Source of the DNA: Thermoanaerobaculia bacterium
GTDB lineage: Bacteria > Acidobacteriota > Thermoanaerobaculia > UBA5066
Reading direction: 5' to 3'
Length of the DNA: 64,000 nucleotides
NCBI GenBank assembly: GCA_963816185.1
Contig: CAWFJJ010000024.1
Location: forward strand, 64,001-128,000
Position numbers and translations under genes: made by a program. Each line of letters starts with the position of its first letter. Position 1 is the stretch's first letter. The notes under the pieces are model-generated. The model had not been told where the DNA came from and searched no databases. It saw only the letters and a program-made list of their open reading frames with translations. This document shows, piece by piece, positions 21,101 through 29,941 of this stretch.

Positions 21101-21157
21101 TCCCGCTGCGATCGGCAGGAGCCGGAGAAGGAGAGAGAACGCCCGGCCCCGCCGCAT
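18116..21157 (-). CDS. Large putative outer-membrane protein (N-terminal soluble domain, LolA/MucB-like middle domain, C-terminal beta-barrel)
   Basis: Signal peptide; 'LTADEILAK' start of the middle domain; amphipathic beta-strands ending LSLTFLKIF with a terminal Phe. Confidence 0.7.
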   Translation of the reverse strand: MRRGRAFSLLLRLLPIAAGTALSSPARAASPAPTLSPWLKIAPGDARIGRLASRAVESLSPNAPGLLLKLNPPAWKAGDAPAREAVRALAKDAHRAGWRWGLDLELPDAKIPVDVRAAEAATVEDLWPGLGDILRDSKEADLVRIGFPVTRVPGIHDFGRPQEGTFDSKARSYLLRKAAAGARAAAPQARIAFAAGPVAQGELAPREVKQLFSEENAAYVDFVGVTPSARSAPGQVRVAVDDLSFGKPALVDLDFSGVRSPAELLSAAARLASENAPFVAATPGWPPAEDGALERFARLLDGDFGPDSRAATASTAKGEPLEAFRFVARTDLGGVVLIPGTAISGRASAGAFSLTLDGTAYLSAEVTELGTGASKKFEIPARAVPARLSLSLADGPLGIRLVAREPLPSEAAKAAVGVAVTRGLTADEILAKHQAWRAARDARWKTLTARNTISMRFRFAELNNTLDLALAGPFFYEKGGGYDWAWSEAYFNGVRWKGKKIPELPLLQPEKVSDMPLALTFDDAYVYTLAGDDTVNGVPCWALDFTPRAAASDKPLYAGRVWVAKGDFAAIRTRTRQLNLTAEIQAVDEVSDFGEVPAPDGGPPLRLPTHTTGQWILKTFSRTTVIERESTLSDVRLDPPDFVAERQAAFASPDVMVRDTEKGVRYLEKTKDGGRVVTADTKHGHLFGLGGVFYDSSFDYPLPLLGVYYVDLDVQKRHEQLQVFFGGVLLAASYNQPRLFGTAIDAGVDVFGIAIRGNDSLYVNGTEDRSQRVKSRSFAGNFKAGIPLGRHVKLSTTLGETHRDFAADSTETSSAFVVPSDHWVTSLEGQATWDFRGWALSGRYGWHKRSRWDPWGFAGNPDYDRGKDEYRTYSLELQKDFHFPHFQRIRSSLAYFGSDNTDRFSKYTFGFFGGTSLRGFRSGALRAEEAIASKFAYGYVFGDAFRLEVIYEDARVKDPGSSLDWAYFSGAGLSGELPGPWSTLVRFDAGTPVAGRNRGQTGVVLSLTFLKIF

Positions 21158-21242
21158 CAGCATGGATTCTACGGGCGCCGCGCTCGCAATGTCGGATCAG
21201 GGAAGCGTCTCGGGGCTCGGAGTCGAGGCGGCCGGAAAGGGT

Positions 21243-22337
21243 TCACCTCTTTCTTTCGCCTGCGACGGCGGGCTTCGCGGGTTTCGGCTCGGGCGCGGCC
21301 GGCCCGGCAGCCGGTGCCGGGGCACCGAGGACGTCGCCCGTGGGGAGCCCGAGATTCGCCCGGATCTTTCGCTCGACTTCGGCCGCCACATCCGGGTTCT
21401 CGCGGAAAAACTGCTTCGTGTTCTCCCGGCCCTGGCCGATCCGCAGGTCGCCGTAGCTGAACCACGCGCCGGACTTCTCGAGGATCTTCATCTCGACGCC
21501 GATGTCGACCAGCTCGCCGGTCTTCGAGATCCCTTCGCCGTACCCGATGTCGAACTCGGCGATGCGGAACGGGGGCGCAACCTTGTTCTTGACGACCTTG
21601 ACTTTCGTGCGGCTGCCGACGACGACCTCGCCGTCCTTGATCGCGTTGATGCGCCGGATGTCGATGCGCACGGACGAATAGAACTTCAGGGCGCGGCCGC
21701 CGGTCGTCGTCTCGGGATTCCCGAACATGACGCCGATCTTCTCGCGGATCTGGTTGATGAAGATGAGCGTGGTCTTCGACTTCGAGACGACGGCCGTGAG
21801 TTTGCGGAGCGCCTGCGACATGAGGCGGGCCTGCAGGCCCATCGACGCGTCGCCCATCTCGCCCTCGAGCTCGGCTTTCGGAACGAGCGCGGCGACGGAA
21901 TCGATGACGACGACGTCGATCGCGGCCGAGCGGACGAGCGCCTCGGCGATCTCGAGGGCCTGCTCGCCGGAGTCGGGTTGCGACACCATGAGGTTGTCGA
22001 CGTCGACGCCGAGCTTCCGGGCGTAATCGGGGTCGAGCGCGTGCTCGGCGTCGATGAACGCCGCGAGGCCGCCGTGCTTCTGCGCTTCCGCGATGATGTG
22101 GAGGGTCAGGGTGGTCTTGCCCGAGGACTCGGGCCCGAAGACTTCGATGACGCGGCCCCGGGGGATGCCCCCGATCCCGAGCGCGGCGTCCACGCCAATC
22201 GAGCCGCTGGAGATGGATTGGATGACCTCGTGCGGCTTGTCGCCGAGGCGGACGAGCGCGCCCTTCCCGAACTGCTTGTCGATCTGCTGGACGGCCTGCT
22301 CGAGCGCCTTGAGCTTTTCCTTGTTCACTTCGACCAT
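21243..22337 (-). CDS. recA: Recombinase A
   Basis: [57 protein letters not shown]; RBS AAGGAG. Confidence 0.98.
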   Translation of the reverse strand: MVEVNKEKLKALEQAVQQIDKQFGKGALVRLGDKPHEVIQSISSGSIGVDAALGIGGIPRGRVIEVFGPESSGKTTLTLHIIAEAQKHGGLAAFIDAEHALDPDYARKLGVDVDNLMVSQPDSGEQALEIAEALVRSAAIDVVVIDSVAALVPKAELEGEMGDASMGLQARLMSQALRKLTAVVSKSKTTLIFINQIREKIGVMFGNPETTTGGRALKFYSSVRIDIRRINAIKDGEVVVGSRTKVKVVKNKVAPPFRIAEFDIGYGEGISKTGELVDIGVEMKILEKSGAWFSYGDLRIGQGRENTKQFFRENPDVAAEVERKIRANLGLPTGDVLGAPAPAAGPAAPEPKPAKPAVAGERKR

Positions 22338-22359
22338 TTGGTCTCCTTCAAGCGTTGCG

Positions 22360-22365
22360 ATTATA
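22360..22365 (-). promoter_or_regulatory. Candidate -10 element (TATAAT) of recA
   Basis: Perfect TATAAT 22 nt upstream of the recA ATG; no good -35 hexamer. Confidence 0.6.
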
Positions 22366-22491
22366 GGTATCGGGGGAGGAAGAGATTTCTGCGAATACGG
22401 CGCACGTCGCACCGGCGCTGTTCACCCTTCTAAGAAAATCCGGAGATTCGGCGAATCGGCCTACGATGGCGTCGCCGCGCGGAAGGAACGA

Positions 22492-23046
22492 ATGGAAGGT
22501 AGTCCCCGGGCTTCCGAAAATCAAGCGACTCCCGGCTCTCTTCGCCCCTGGCCCGAGGTTTTCGCGGCGTCGCGCGTGACGACGCTCGTCGCGACCTGGT
22601 TCGGAACGGGTTTCCTTCCGATAGCGCCGGGGACGTGGGGCAGCCTCGTCGCGATTCTCATCGCGCATCTCGTGGTGCTCTTCTCGGGCGCTTGGGGCCT
22701 CGGGGGCTTCGCGCTCGGGGTCGCCGTGATCGGCGTTCACGCCTCGGGCGAGACGGCACGCCTGCGCGGCGTCGGAGATCCGCCGGAGATCGTCGTCGAC
22801 GAAGTCGCGGGCCAGTCCATCGCGCTCCTACCGGTGTATGCGCTCGTGCCGGCCGGAGCGACGCTCCTCCGGATCGGCGCTGCGCTCTCGGCGTTCTTTC
22901 TCTTTCGTGTCCTGGACGTCTGGAAGCCGGGCCCCATCGGCGCGCTCGAGCGCCTGCCGCGCGGCTGGGGAATCATGGCGGACGACGTCCTCGCCGGAGC
23001 GGTCGCCGGGGTGTTCGTTCTCGCGGCCCTTCTCGTGACCCGATGA
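22492..23046 (+). CDS. pgpA: Phosphatidylglycerophosphatase A
   Basis: FGTGFLPIAPGTWGS, DPPEIVVDEVAG, FRVLDVWKP, GWGIMADDVLAG. Confidence 0.93.
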   Translation: MEGSPRASENQATPGSLRPWPEVFAASRVTTLVATWFGTGFLPIAPGTWGSLVAILIAHLVVLFSGAWGLGGFALGVAVIGVHASGETARLRGVGDPPEIVVDEVAGQSIALLPVYALVPAGATLLRIGAALSAFFLFRVLDVWKPGPIGALERLPRGWGIMADDVLAGAVAGVFVLAALLVTR

Positions 23047-23927
23047 TCGAGAAAGCGCTGCGCGGATTTCGCGCGGTCGTGCGCGAGAACGTTCCGCTCT
23101 CCGGGCGGACGACGCTGAAGATCGGCGGGCCTGCGCGGTTTCTCGTGGAAGTCCATGATGAGAACGCGCTTGCCGCGCTCCTCGGCGCGAGCCGGAAGGA
23201 AGGACTTCCCGTCCTCGCGCTCGGGAAGGGGTCGAACATGCTCGTGCCGGATTCAGGCTTCCCCGGGGTCGTCTTCACGCTCGCCGGCGACTTTCTGGCA
23301 ACACGGATCGAGCCGCCGGACGTCGTCGCGGGCGGCGGCGTATCGCTCATGTCGCTTGCCGTCGCGACGCAGAAGGCCGGCTTGTCCGGACTCGAGAATC
23401 TTTCGGGCATCCCGTCGTCGCTCGGCGGAGCCGTGCGGATCAACGCGGGGTCGTACGGTTCCGAGATCTTCGAGGTTCTCGTCGCGGTCGACCTCGTCTC
23501 GGCTCAGGGCGTGCGCCGGACGCTGCCCGCCGCCGAAATCCCGCATGGCTACCGCTGGACCGCCCTCTCGGAAACGGACGACGTCGTCTCAGGCTCCGCG
23601 CTGCGCCTCGTGTCGAAACCGGCGGAGCAAATTGCAGCGCGTATCGCCGAGGTGACCGCGAAGAGAAGGGGGGCCCTTCCGAAAAAGCCGAACGCGGGGT
23701 CCATCTTCAAGAATCCGCCCGGACTCTTTGCGGGCAAGCTCCTCGAGGAGTGCGGTCTCAAGGGGCGGCGCGTCGGAGGCGCGGAGATCTCTCCCGTTCA
23801 TGCGAACGTAATCGTCAACCTGGGCGGCGCAACAGCGAAAGACGTTGAGGCGCTGATGAACGAGATGAAGACGGCCGTACACGAGAAGTTCGGCATCCAC
23901 CTGGTTCCTGAGATTAAAGTGCTCTGA
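23043..23927 (+). CDS. murB: UDP-N-acetylenolpyruvoylglucosamine reductase
   Basis: TTLKIGGPA, LGKGSN, GIPSSLGGAVRINAG, PNAGSIFKNP, HANVIVN. Confidence 0.95.
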   Translation: MIEKALRGFRAVVRENVPLSGRTTLKIGGPARFLVEVHDENALAALLGASRKEGLPVLALGKGSNMLVPDSGFPGVVFTLAGDFLATRIEPPDVVAGGGVSLMSLAVATQKAGLSGLENLSGIPSSLGGAVRINAGSYGSEIFEVLVAVDLVSAQGVRRTLPAAEIPHGYRWTALSETDDVVSGSALRLVSKPAEQIAARIAEVTAKRRGALPKKPNAGSIFKNPPGLFAGKLLEECGLKGRRVGGAEISPVHANVIVNLGGATAKDVEALMNEMKTAVHEKFGIHLVPEIKVL

Positions 23928-23938
23928 AGGACACATCC

Positions 23939-25084
23939 ATGAAAAGACATCTCACCTTCACCTTCCTCCTCCTCATCGGCGCGGCGACGTTCTGGGCCTG
24001 CGGAAAGAAAGAGCTTCCTGACGTGACCGTCGGCGTGATCGCCGAGCTGAGCGGCGACATTCCGGCCGTCGGCGCCTCGTGCAAGAACGCGGCTGAAATG
24101 GCCGTGGCCGACATCAACGAAGACGGCGTGAAGGTCGCCGGCAAGGTCCATCGACTGCGGCTCATGATCGAGGACAGCATGGGCACCGCGAGCGAAGCCG
24201 TCGAGGCCGCGAAGCGCCTCGTGAAGGAAGACCAGGTCCTGGCCATCGTGGGTCCGAACGCCAGTCTCGGCGCCGTCCCCGCCTCGCAGGTGGCCGAGGA
24301 TGCGAAGGTTCCCATGATCTCGCCTTGGTCCACGAACCCACGAACGACCGCGGGAAAGAGATGGGTCTTTCGGGCCTGCTTCACCGACGCCTTCGAGGGA
24401 CACGTTCTCGCGAAGTTCGCCACAGGCTACGTGCGCGCCACGAAGGCGGCCGTTCTCTACGACCCCGGCTCTGAAGCGCCGAAGAGCCAGGCCGAGCTCT
24501 TCAAGAAGCAGTTCGAGGAGGAGGGCGGCAAGGTCGTTGCTTTCGAGACGTACAAGACCGGAGACAAGGACTTCACGGCGCAGCTTGGCCGGATCAAAGC
24601 CGCTTCTCCAGACCTCATCTTCCTGCCCAGCTATTACAACGAGGTCCCGCTGCAGCTCCAGCAGGCGCACAAGCTCGGGATCAAGGTCGCTTTCCTGGGC
24701 AGTGACAACTGGAGCAGCCCGGAGCTCGTCAAGCTGAGCGGACCCGACGCAGAGGGCGCGACGTACTGCAACCACTATGCGCCGGAAGCGCGCGTGGACG
24801 CCGTGGCGAAGTTCGTAACGCGGTACAGGAACAAGTACGGGCAGACGCCGGACGACGTGGCAGCCTTGACGTACGACTCCTTCATGCTCCTCGCGAAGGC
24901 TCTCTCGGGCGCGACGAAGGTGGATCGCGAGGCGATCCGCGACTCTCTCGCGAGGGTCCGCGAGTTCCAAGGCGTCACCGGCAAGATGACGTTCAAGGAA
25001 GGCTCGGGGGACCCGGTGAAGAGCGCCGTGATGATGAAGGTCGAAGGCGGCAAGCCGACCTTCATCACCAACATCGATCCATGA
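23939..25084 (+). CDS. Branched-chain amino acid-type (LivK-like) ABC substrate-binding lipoprotein
   Basis: Lipobox FWAC; VFRACFTD, DKDFTAQL, AALTYD, FQGVTG; no permease genes adjacent. Confidence 0.88.
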   Translation: MKRHLTFTFLLLIGAATFWACGKKELPDVTVGVIAELSGDIPAVGASCKNAAEMAVADINEDGVKVAGKVHRLRLMIEDSMGTASEAVEAAKRLVKEDQVLAIVGPNASLGAVPASQVAEDAKVPMISPWSTNPRTTAGKRWVFRACFTDAFEGHVLAKFATGYVRATKAAVLYDPGSEAPKSQAELFKKQFEEEGGKVVAFETYKTGDKDFTAQLGRIKAASPDLIFLPSYYNEVPLQLQQAHKLGIKVAFLGSDNWSSPELVKLSGPDAEGATYCNHYAPEARVDAVAKFVTRYRNKYGQTPDDVAALTYDSFMLLAKALSGATKVDREAIRDSLARVREFQGVTGKMTFKEGSGDPVKSAVMMKVEGGKPTFITNIDP

Positions 25085-25094
25085 GGAGGGGGGT

Positions 25095-25136
25095 CCGGGG
25101 GGAACCATAGGATGGTTCCCCCCGGCTATGTTTTTC
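25095..25136 (+). terminator. Rho-independent terminator-like hairpin
   Basis: Perfect 14-bp stem ccggggggaaccat/atggttccccccgg, 3-nt loop, followed by a T-rich tract, between convergent genes. Confidence 0.75.
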
Positions 25137-25146
25137 TCTGCTGCCG

Positions 25147-26646
25147 CTAGGGCTGTACCGCCGCAGTGAAAACCTCCTCCATCGTGAGTTTGGTCCGGCA
25201 GCCCATTGCCGGAGCCTGGTTGTTCACGGCTGTCCGTCCAGATCGGGTGCGCGGTGCCGCCGAACGAGACGAGCCCCTCGTAGTCGCCCTGCTGGTTCCC
25301 GTAGTCGATCGCCGCGCAGGGAAAGACGCCCGCGCAGTCGTGCTCGTTGGACCTGGCCGTCGTCACCCGCGTGTTGGGGCCGAACGAAACGCCGCCGTCC
25401 GTGCGACCGCGCGAGGTAGACGTCCGTTTCGTAGCGGAAACCCGTCGTGTCGTTGCGCGTGTCGTAGAAGGAGACGTCGACGCCGCCCGTCATCGGATCC
25501 ACGGACAGCCAGTGGTTGAACCGGTCGATCGAACCGTGCACATCCGTCACGCTCGCCGGAGCCGACCAGCTCTTCCCCCCGTCGTCGGAGAAGGTCAGGA
25601 AGATGTCCGTGTTGCCCGCAGGCGTCAGATCCATGTAGGAGCAGTACAGGCGGCCTCGATTCGGGCCTGTCGAGCGGTCCGCGTCGCAGGCCGGATAGAC
25701 GAGAGCGCCGCGGAAAGACTCGGCCGGAATCGCGATGTCGAACGGAATCCTCTTTTTCGCGACCACGCCCTGCCGGCCCCACGTCACGCCGCCGTCGGTG
25801 GAACGGTTGAACGCGATCGTGTTCGCGGCGAAGTCGTTCCAGGCGACGAAGAGGTCGCCGTTCGGGCCCACGAAGGGCACGGCTCCGATTGCGCGCCCGG
25901 GGCCTTTCGGGTCGTCGGCGCGGTTCACCGTGAACGTCGCGCCCTGGTCGGTCGAGCGGCCGACGCGGATCCCACCGCTCACCGACCCGCCGCTCGCGGC
26001 GTCCCAGGCGACGTAGACGTTGTCCTTGAAGGGGCTGGCGGCGTTCGTGTCCGCCGTGATCATGGGTTTGTCGTTGAAATGGTTCTGGCCGCCGTCGAAG
26101 GAGAAGAGGGACGCGGACGGGTACGTTGCCCCGCCGTCCGTAGACCGCGCGACCATCATCGCGGTGCCGTTGATGCCATTGCCCCTGCTGAAGTACACGA
26201 CGATGTAGCTGTAGAAGACGTTCCCCTGTGTGTCGAAGGCGAGGCTCGGGTCAGAACCGAAGTCGATGCCGTTCGTCCCGATGGCCGGCGGGAGCGGCAG
26301 ATCCACACCGCCCCACGTCAGGCCCCCGTCCTTCGAGGAATAGCCGCGCATCGGCAGGCGGAACGATCTCGTTCGAGCCGCCCGCGAGCATGCTCGAGTC
26401 GGTCGGGTTGAGGGTGACGTACGTCTCGCTCTGTGGCCCACACTCGTTCGAGACGTCCACGTTTCCGCCGACCGTCAGGGACGTCGGACCACCTCCCGCG
26501 CTCGGTCCGTTGTGGAGGATGTACTGATACTTGTCCCACCACAGCGGGTTCTTGGGGTCTTTCTGGGCGGCTGCCGGGAAAGAGGCGGCCAGCGAAAGGG
26601 CGGCGACGGACGCGAGGACAACGATCTTCCGGATGTACGTTCTCAT
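25147..26646 (-). CDS. Secreted BNR/Asp-box beta-propeller (sialidase-like) protein, frameshifted
   Basis: Signal peptide; repeated S.DGG.TW boxes; SDPSLAFD, DKP.I..D, FYDTRND, GDYEGL. Pieces lie in several frames (shifts near 26365, 25405, 25225). Confidence 0.75.
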
Positions 26647-26773
26647 GTCGTGCCTCCGGCCGGGCAGGCCGCGGAGAGCCGTCCCGGGCCGGGCGGGATT
26701 TTATTCCGACAGTTTCGCAATGTTGAAGTGAGTCTCGGTCGCGAGGGCCCCCGGCCCCGTACAATCTCTCTCG

Positions 26774-27931
26774 ATGTCGAATGCCGGCCTCCGCGCGCTC
26801 ATCCTCGCCGGAGGCAGCGGCACGCGGCTTTGGCCGCGTTCCACGAACGAACGGCCGAAGCCCTTTCTCGCCCTGACGGGCGGCGAGTCGCTCCTTCGAG
26901 AGACGTTCCGGCGCGCGACCGCGCTCGCCGGGGCCGGGAACGTCTTCGTCTCGGGACGCGCGGCGCACGCGCCGCTGCTTGCCGCCGAGCTGCCCGAGGT
27001 GCACCGGTCGCGCTTCGTTCTCGAGCCGGTGCGGCGCAACACCGCGCCCGCGATCGCCCTCTCGGCGCTTGCCGCTTCGGAGGACGCTCCGGACACCGTC
27101 CTCGCCGTCCTGCCGTCCGATCAGGCCGTGCGCGACGAAGCGGCGTTTCTCGCCGCCCTCCGCTCGGCGGCGGAGGCGGCCCGGACGCAAGACGCGTTCG
27201 TCACGCTCGGGATCCCGCCCACGCGGCCCGAGACCGGATTCGGGTACATGGAAGTCGAAGAACAAGAAGAGATTTCTGCTGAAGACGAAGAAGAGAAAGA
27301 GGAGATTTCTCCGAATGGGAAGAGGGGAAACGAGAAGGGGACCGGGGAATCGAAGATTTCTGAGAATGGAAACAGGGAAGGGAGAGCCGCGGCCTTGCGC
27401 GTGGTGCGCTTCGTGGAAAAGCCGACGCTTGCGCGAGCCCAGGAGTTTCTAGCCTCCGGCCGCTTCTTCTGGAACGCCGGCATCTTCGTGTTCCGGACCT
27501 CATACCTTTTCGAAGAAATGGAGAGAGCCTGTCCCGACATCCTGAACATCGCACGCCGCGCGTATGCGGCTCGAAAAGAGGGGGAATTCACAGAAATCTT
27601 CTCTTCGTCCCCTTCCGTGTCCTTCGACGTCGCGGTCATGGAGAAGGCGAGGCGGGTAATCACCGTCCCGTGCGCGTGCGGGTGGAGCGACCTGGGCTCG
27701 TGGGAAGCCGTTTTCGAATTCCGGGGCGGCGCTCCCGGCACAAACGTGCTCGAGGGACCCGCGGCTGCGGTCGAGGGATCCGGCAACCTCGTTCTGGCCG
27801 AAGGACGGCCGGTGCGCGTCGTCGGCCTTTCCGACGTCGCGGTCGTGGACTCCAAGGACGGCGTTCTCGTCATGCGCCGCGGCGCGTCCGACGCGCTCCG
27901 GAGGAGCGTGGAGGAGGGCCTGTCGCGATGA
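26774..27931 (+). CDS. manC: Mannose-1-phosphate guanylyltransferase with an internal ~40-aa E/K-rich insertion
   Basis: ILAGGSGTRLWP.S, EPVRRNTAPA, PSDQ, TLGIPPTRPETGFGY, FVEKP, WNAGIF, WSDLGSW. Confidence 0.9.
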   Translation: MSNAGLRALILAGGSGTRLWPRSTNERPKPFLALTGGESLLRETFRRATALAGAGNVFVSGRAAHAPLLAAELPEVHRSRFVLEPVRRNTAPAIALSALAASEDAPDTVLAVLPSDQAVRDEAAFLAALRSAAEAARTQDAFVTLGIPPTRPETGFGYMEVEEQEEISAEDEEEKEEISPNGKRGNEKGTGESKISENGNREGRAAALRVVRFVEKPTLARAQEFLASGRFFWNAGIFVFRTSYLFEEMERACPDILNIARRAYAARKEGEFTEIFSSSPSVSFDVAVMEKARRVITVPCACGWSDLGSWEAVFEFRGGAPGTNVLEGPAAAVEGSGNLVLAEGRPVRVVGLSDVAVVDSKDGVLVMRRGASDALRRSVEEGLSR

Positions 27932-28914
27932 CGGACGCACGGGCGCCGTCCGCGGCGAACGCGCCCACGGCGACGATCCTCGCGTCCCTCGCGCGGCTCG
28001 TCGCGACCGTGCGCACGGCCTACCGCGGGCCTGCGACGGCAGTGGAGGACGCGGTCGTGTGCCTCCTCGCGCGGGGCCACCTCCTGATCGAGGACGTCCC
28101 CGGCGTGGGCAAGACGACGCTCGCCTCGGCTCTCGGCAAGGCGCTCGGCGTCGGCGTCCACCGCATGCAGTTCACGCCGGACACGTTGCCCTCCGACATC
28201 CTCGGCCTCACGGTCTTCAACGTGCGGACGCAGGAGTTCGAGTTCCATCCGGGCCCCGTGTTCACGCCGGTGCTTCTGGCCGACGAGATCAACCGCGCGA
28301 CGCCGAAGACGCAGGCGGCGCTCCTGCAGGCGATGAGCGAGCGGGCCGTTTCGTCCGACGGCGTCACCCGGCCGCTGCCCGAGCCGTTCCTCGTCCTCGC
28401 GACGCAGAATCCCGTGGAGTATCTCGGCACCTACCCGCTCCCCGAGTCGCAGCTCGATCGCTTTCTCATGCGCATTTCGCTGGGCTATCCCGTCCCGGAG
28501 GACGAGAGGCGCCTTCTGCTCTCGGGCGGCGCCGACCGCGTCCTGGCAGCGCTCACCCCCGCGCTCACTCTCGAGGAGCTGGCTTCGGCACAAGCGGCGA
28601 CCGAGCGCGTCACCGTGGCGGACAAGCTCTTGGATTACGTGCTCGCGATCGTTACGCGCACGCGGAGCGGCAAGGACCTGCTCCTCGGCGTCTCGCCTCG
28701 CGGCTCGCAGGGCTTTTTCCGCGCGGTGCAGGCGCGCGCGCTCGTCTCGGGCCGACCCTACGCCACGCCCGACGACGTCAAGCGGGTCGCGGTCGCCACG
28801 CTCGCGCACCGGGTTCTCGCCTCGCAGCCGGGGGCGTGGGACGGCGGGGGGAGCGGACGCCGCGAGCGCGACGCGATCCAGCGCATCCTCGACGAAACGC
28901 CCGTTCCGCTGTGA
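27928..28914 (+). CDS. moxR: MoxR family AAA+ ATPase
   Basis: GHLLIEDVPGVGKT, QFTPDTLPSD, LLADEINRA, ATQNP.EY.GTYPLPESQLDRF. Confidence 0.93.
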   Translation: MTDARAPSAANAPTATILASLARLVATVRTAYRGPATAVEDAVVCLLARGHLLIEDVPGVGKTTLASALGKALGVGVHRMQFTPDTLPSDILGLTVFNVRTQEFEFHPGPVFTPVLLADEINRATPKTQAALLQAMSERAVSSDGVTRPLPEPFLVLATQNPVEYLGTYPLPESQLDRFLMRISLGYPVPEDERRLLLSGGADRVLAALTPALTLEELASAQAATERVTVADKLLDYVLAIVTRTRSGKDLLLGVSPRGSQGFFRAVQARALVSGRPYATPDDVKRVAVATLAHRVLASQPGAWDGGGSGRRERDAIQRILDETPVPL

Positions 28915-28918
28915 GCCC

Positions 28919-29941
28919 GTGGTCCTCACCGCGCGCCTGAAGAAGCTCCTCCACCCGGGCATCCTCGTCCGGGTCACGAACCTGGGGTTGGGTTTCATCC
29001 TCCTGACGCTCGTCGTCGCCGTGGCCGCGACGAACACGGGCAACAACGGCCTCTACATCCTCGTGTCGCTCTTCCTCGCGGCGTTGGTCGTCTCGGGCAT
29101 CGTCTCGCGCCGGAACGTGGAGAACGTCGTCGTGGAGCTCGAGGGTCCGGCGGAGATTTTCGCCGGCGTGCCGGTGCGTTTCACGCTCCGGCTCACGAAT
29201 CTCGGGCGCCTGCCGCGGCGCGGCCTCCTCGTGAAGATCTCCAGCGCTTCGGCGCCGATCCTGTTCGGCCGCCTCGAGCCGGGGAGAGGCGTGGAGCGTG
29301 GAGTAGACCTCGTCTTCCCGAAGCGTGGCCGGCGGTCCATCGAGTCGCTTCTCCTTTACAGCGGTTACCCGATCGGCCTGTTCCGGAAAGGCCGCGTGCA
29401 TCCGCTCGAAGACGAACGCGTCGTCTACCCGGCGCCTGCAGACGTGCCGTACCTCCCTCCCGATCCGCGGGAAGCCGAGGGCGGCGATCCCCGCGATCGG
29501 CGGAGGGGACGCGGGGCGGAGATCCGCAATCTGCGCGAGGCGGGTTTCGGCGACGATCCGCGCGACGTTCACTGGCCCCAGACGGCGCGACAGGGGAAGT
29601 TCATCGTGAAGGAGCGCGCCTCCGAGGAGGGCCGCGACGCGCTCGTCGCGCTCGACACGACTCGCCCGCAAGGCGCGGACGCCGCCTGGAACGAGGTCTT
29701 CGAACACTCGGTCTCCGAGGCTGCGGGCCTCGCACTACGCCTCCTCGCGCGCGGAAGCCGCGTCGGCCTCCTGCTCGGAGGCTCCGTCGTTCCGCCCGGC
29801 TCCGGCCCGGCGCACCGCCGGGGCCTGCTGCGCGCTCTCGCCCTCGTCGAGCCCGTCCGCGACCCGGCGCGGCCTCCCTCGGCCATTCCCGCCTCGGTGG
29901 CCGTGTACCGCGCCGGACGCGGTCCGGAGAGAGCCGCGTGA
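28919..29941 (+). CDS. DUF58 domain protein (VWA-like MoxR partner)
   Basis: N-terminal TM with NTGNN.LY; YPIGLF, LRE..GDD.R.VHW..TAR, LD.T. Confidence 0.85.
   Translation: MVLTARLKKLLHPGILVRVTNLGLGFILLTLVVAVAATNTGNNGLYILVSLFLAALVVSGIVSRRNVENVVVELEGPAEIFAGVPVRFTLRLTNLGRLPRRGLLVKISSASAPILFGRLEPGRGVERGVDLVFPKRGRRSIESLLLYSGYPIGLFRKGRVHPLEDERVVYPAPADVPYLPPDPREAEGGDPRDRRRGRGAEIRNLREAGFGDDPRDVHWPQTARQGKFIVKERASEEGRDALVALDTTRPQGADAAWNEVFEHSVSEAAGLALRLLARGSRVGLLLGGSVVPPGSGPAHRRGLLRALALVEPVRDPARPPSAIPASVAVYRAGRGPERAA

Noticed and set aside
25088-25125. GC-rich hairpin as a REP element
   Set aside because: Single copy in the window; its position and T-tract fit a terminator.
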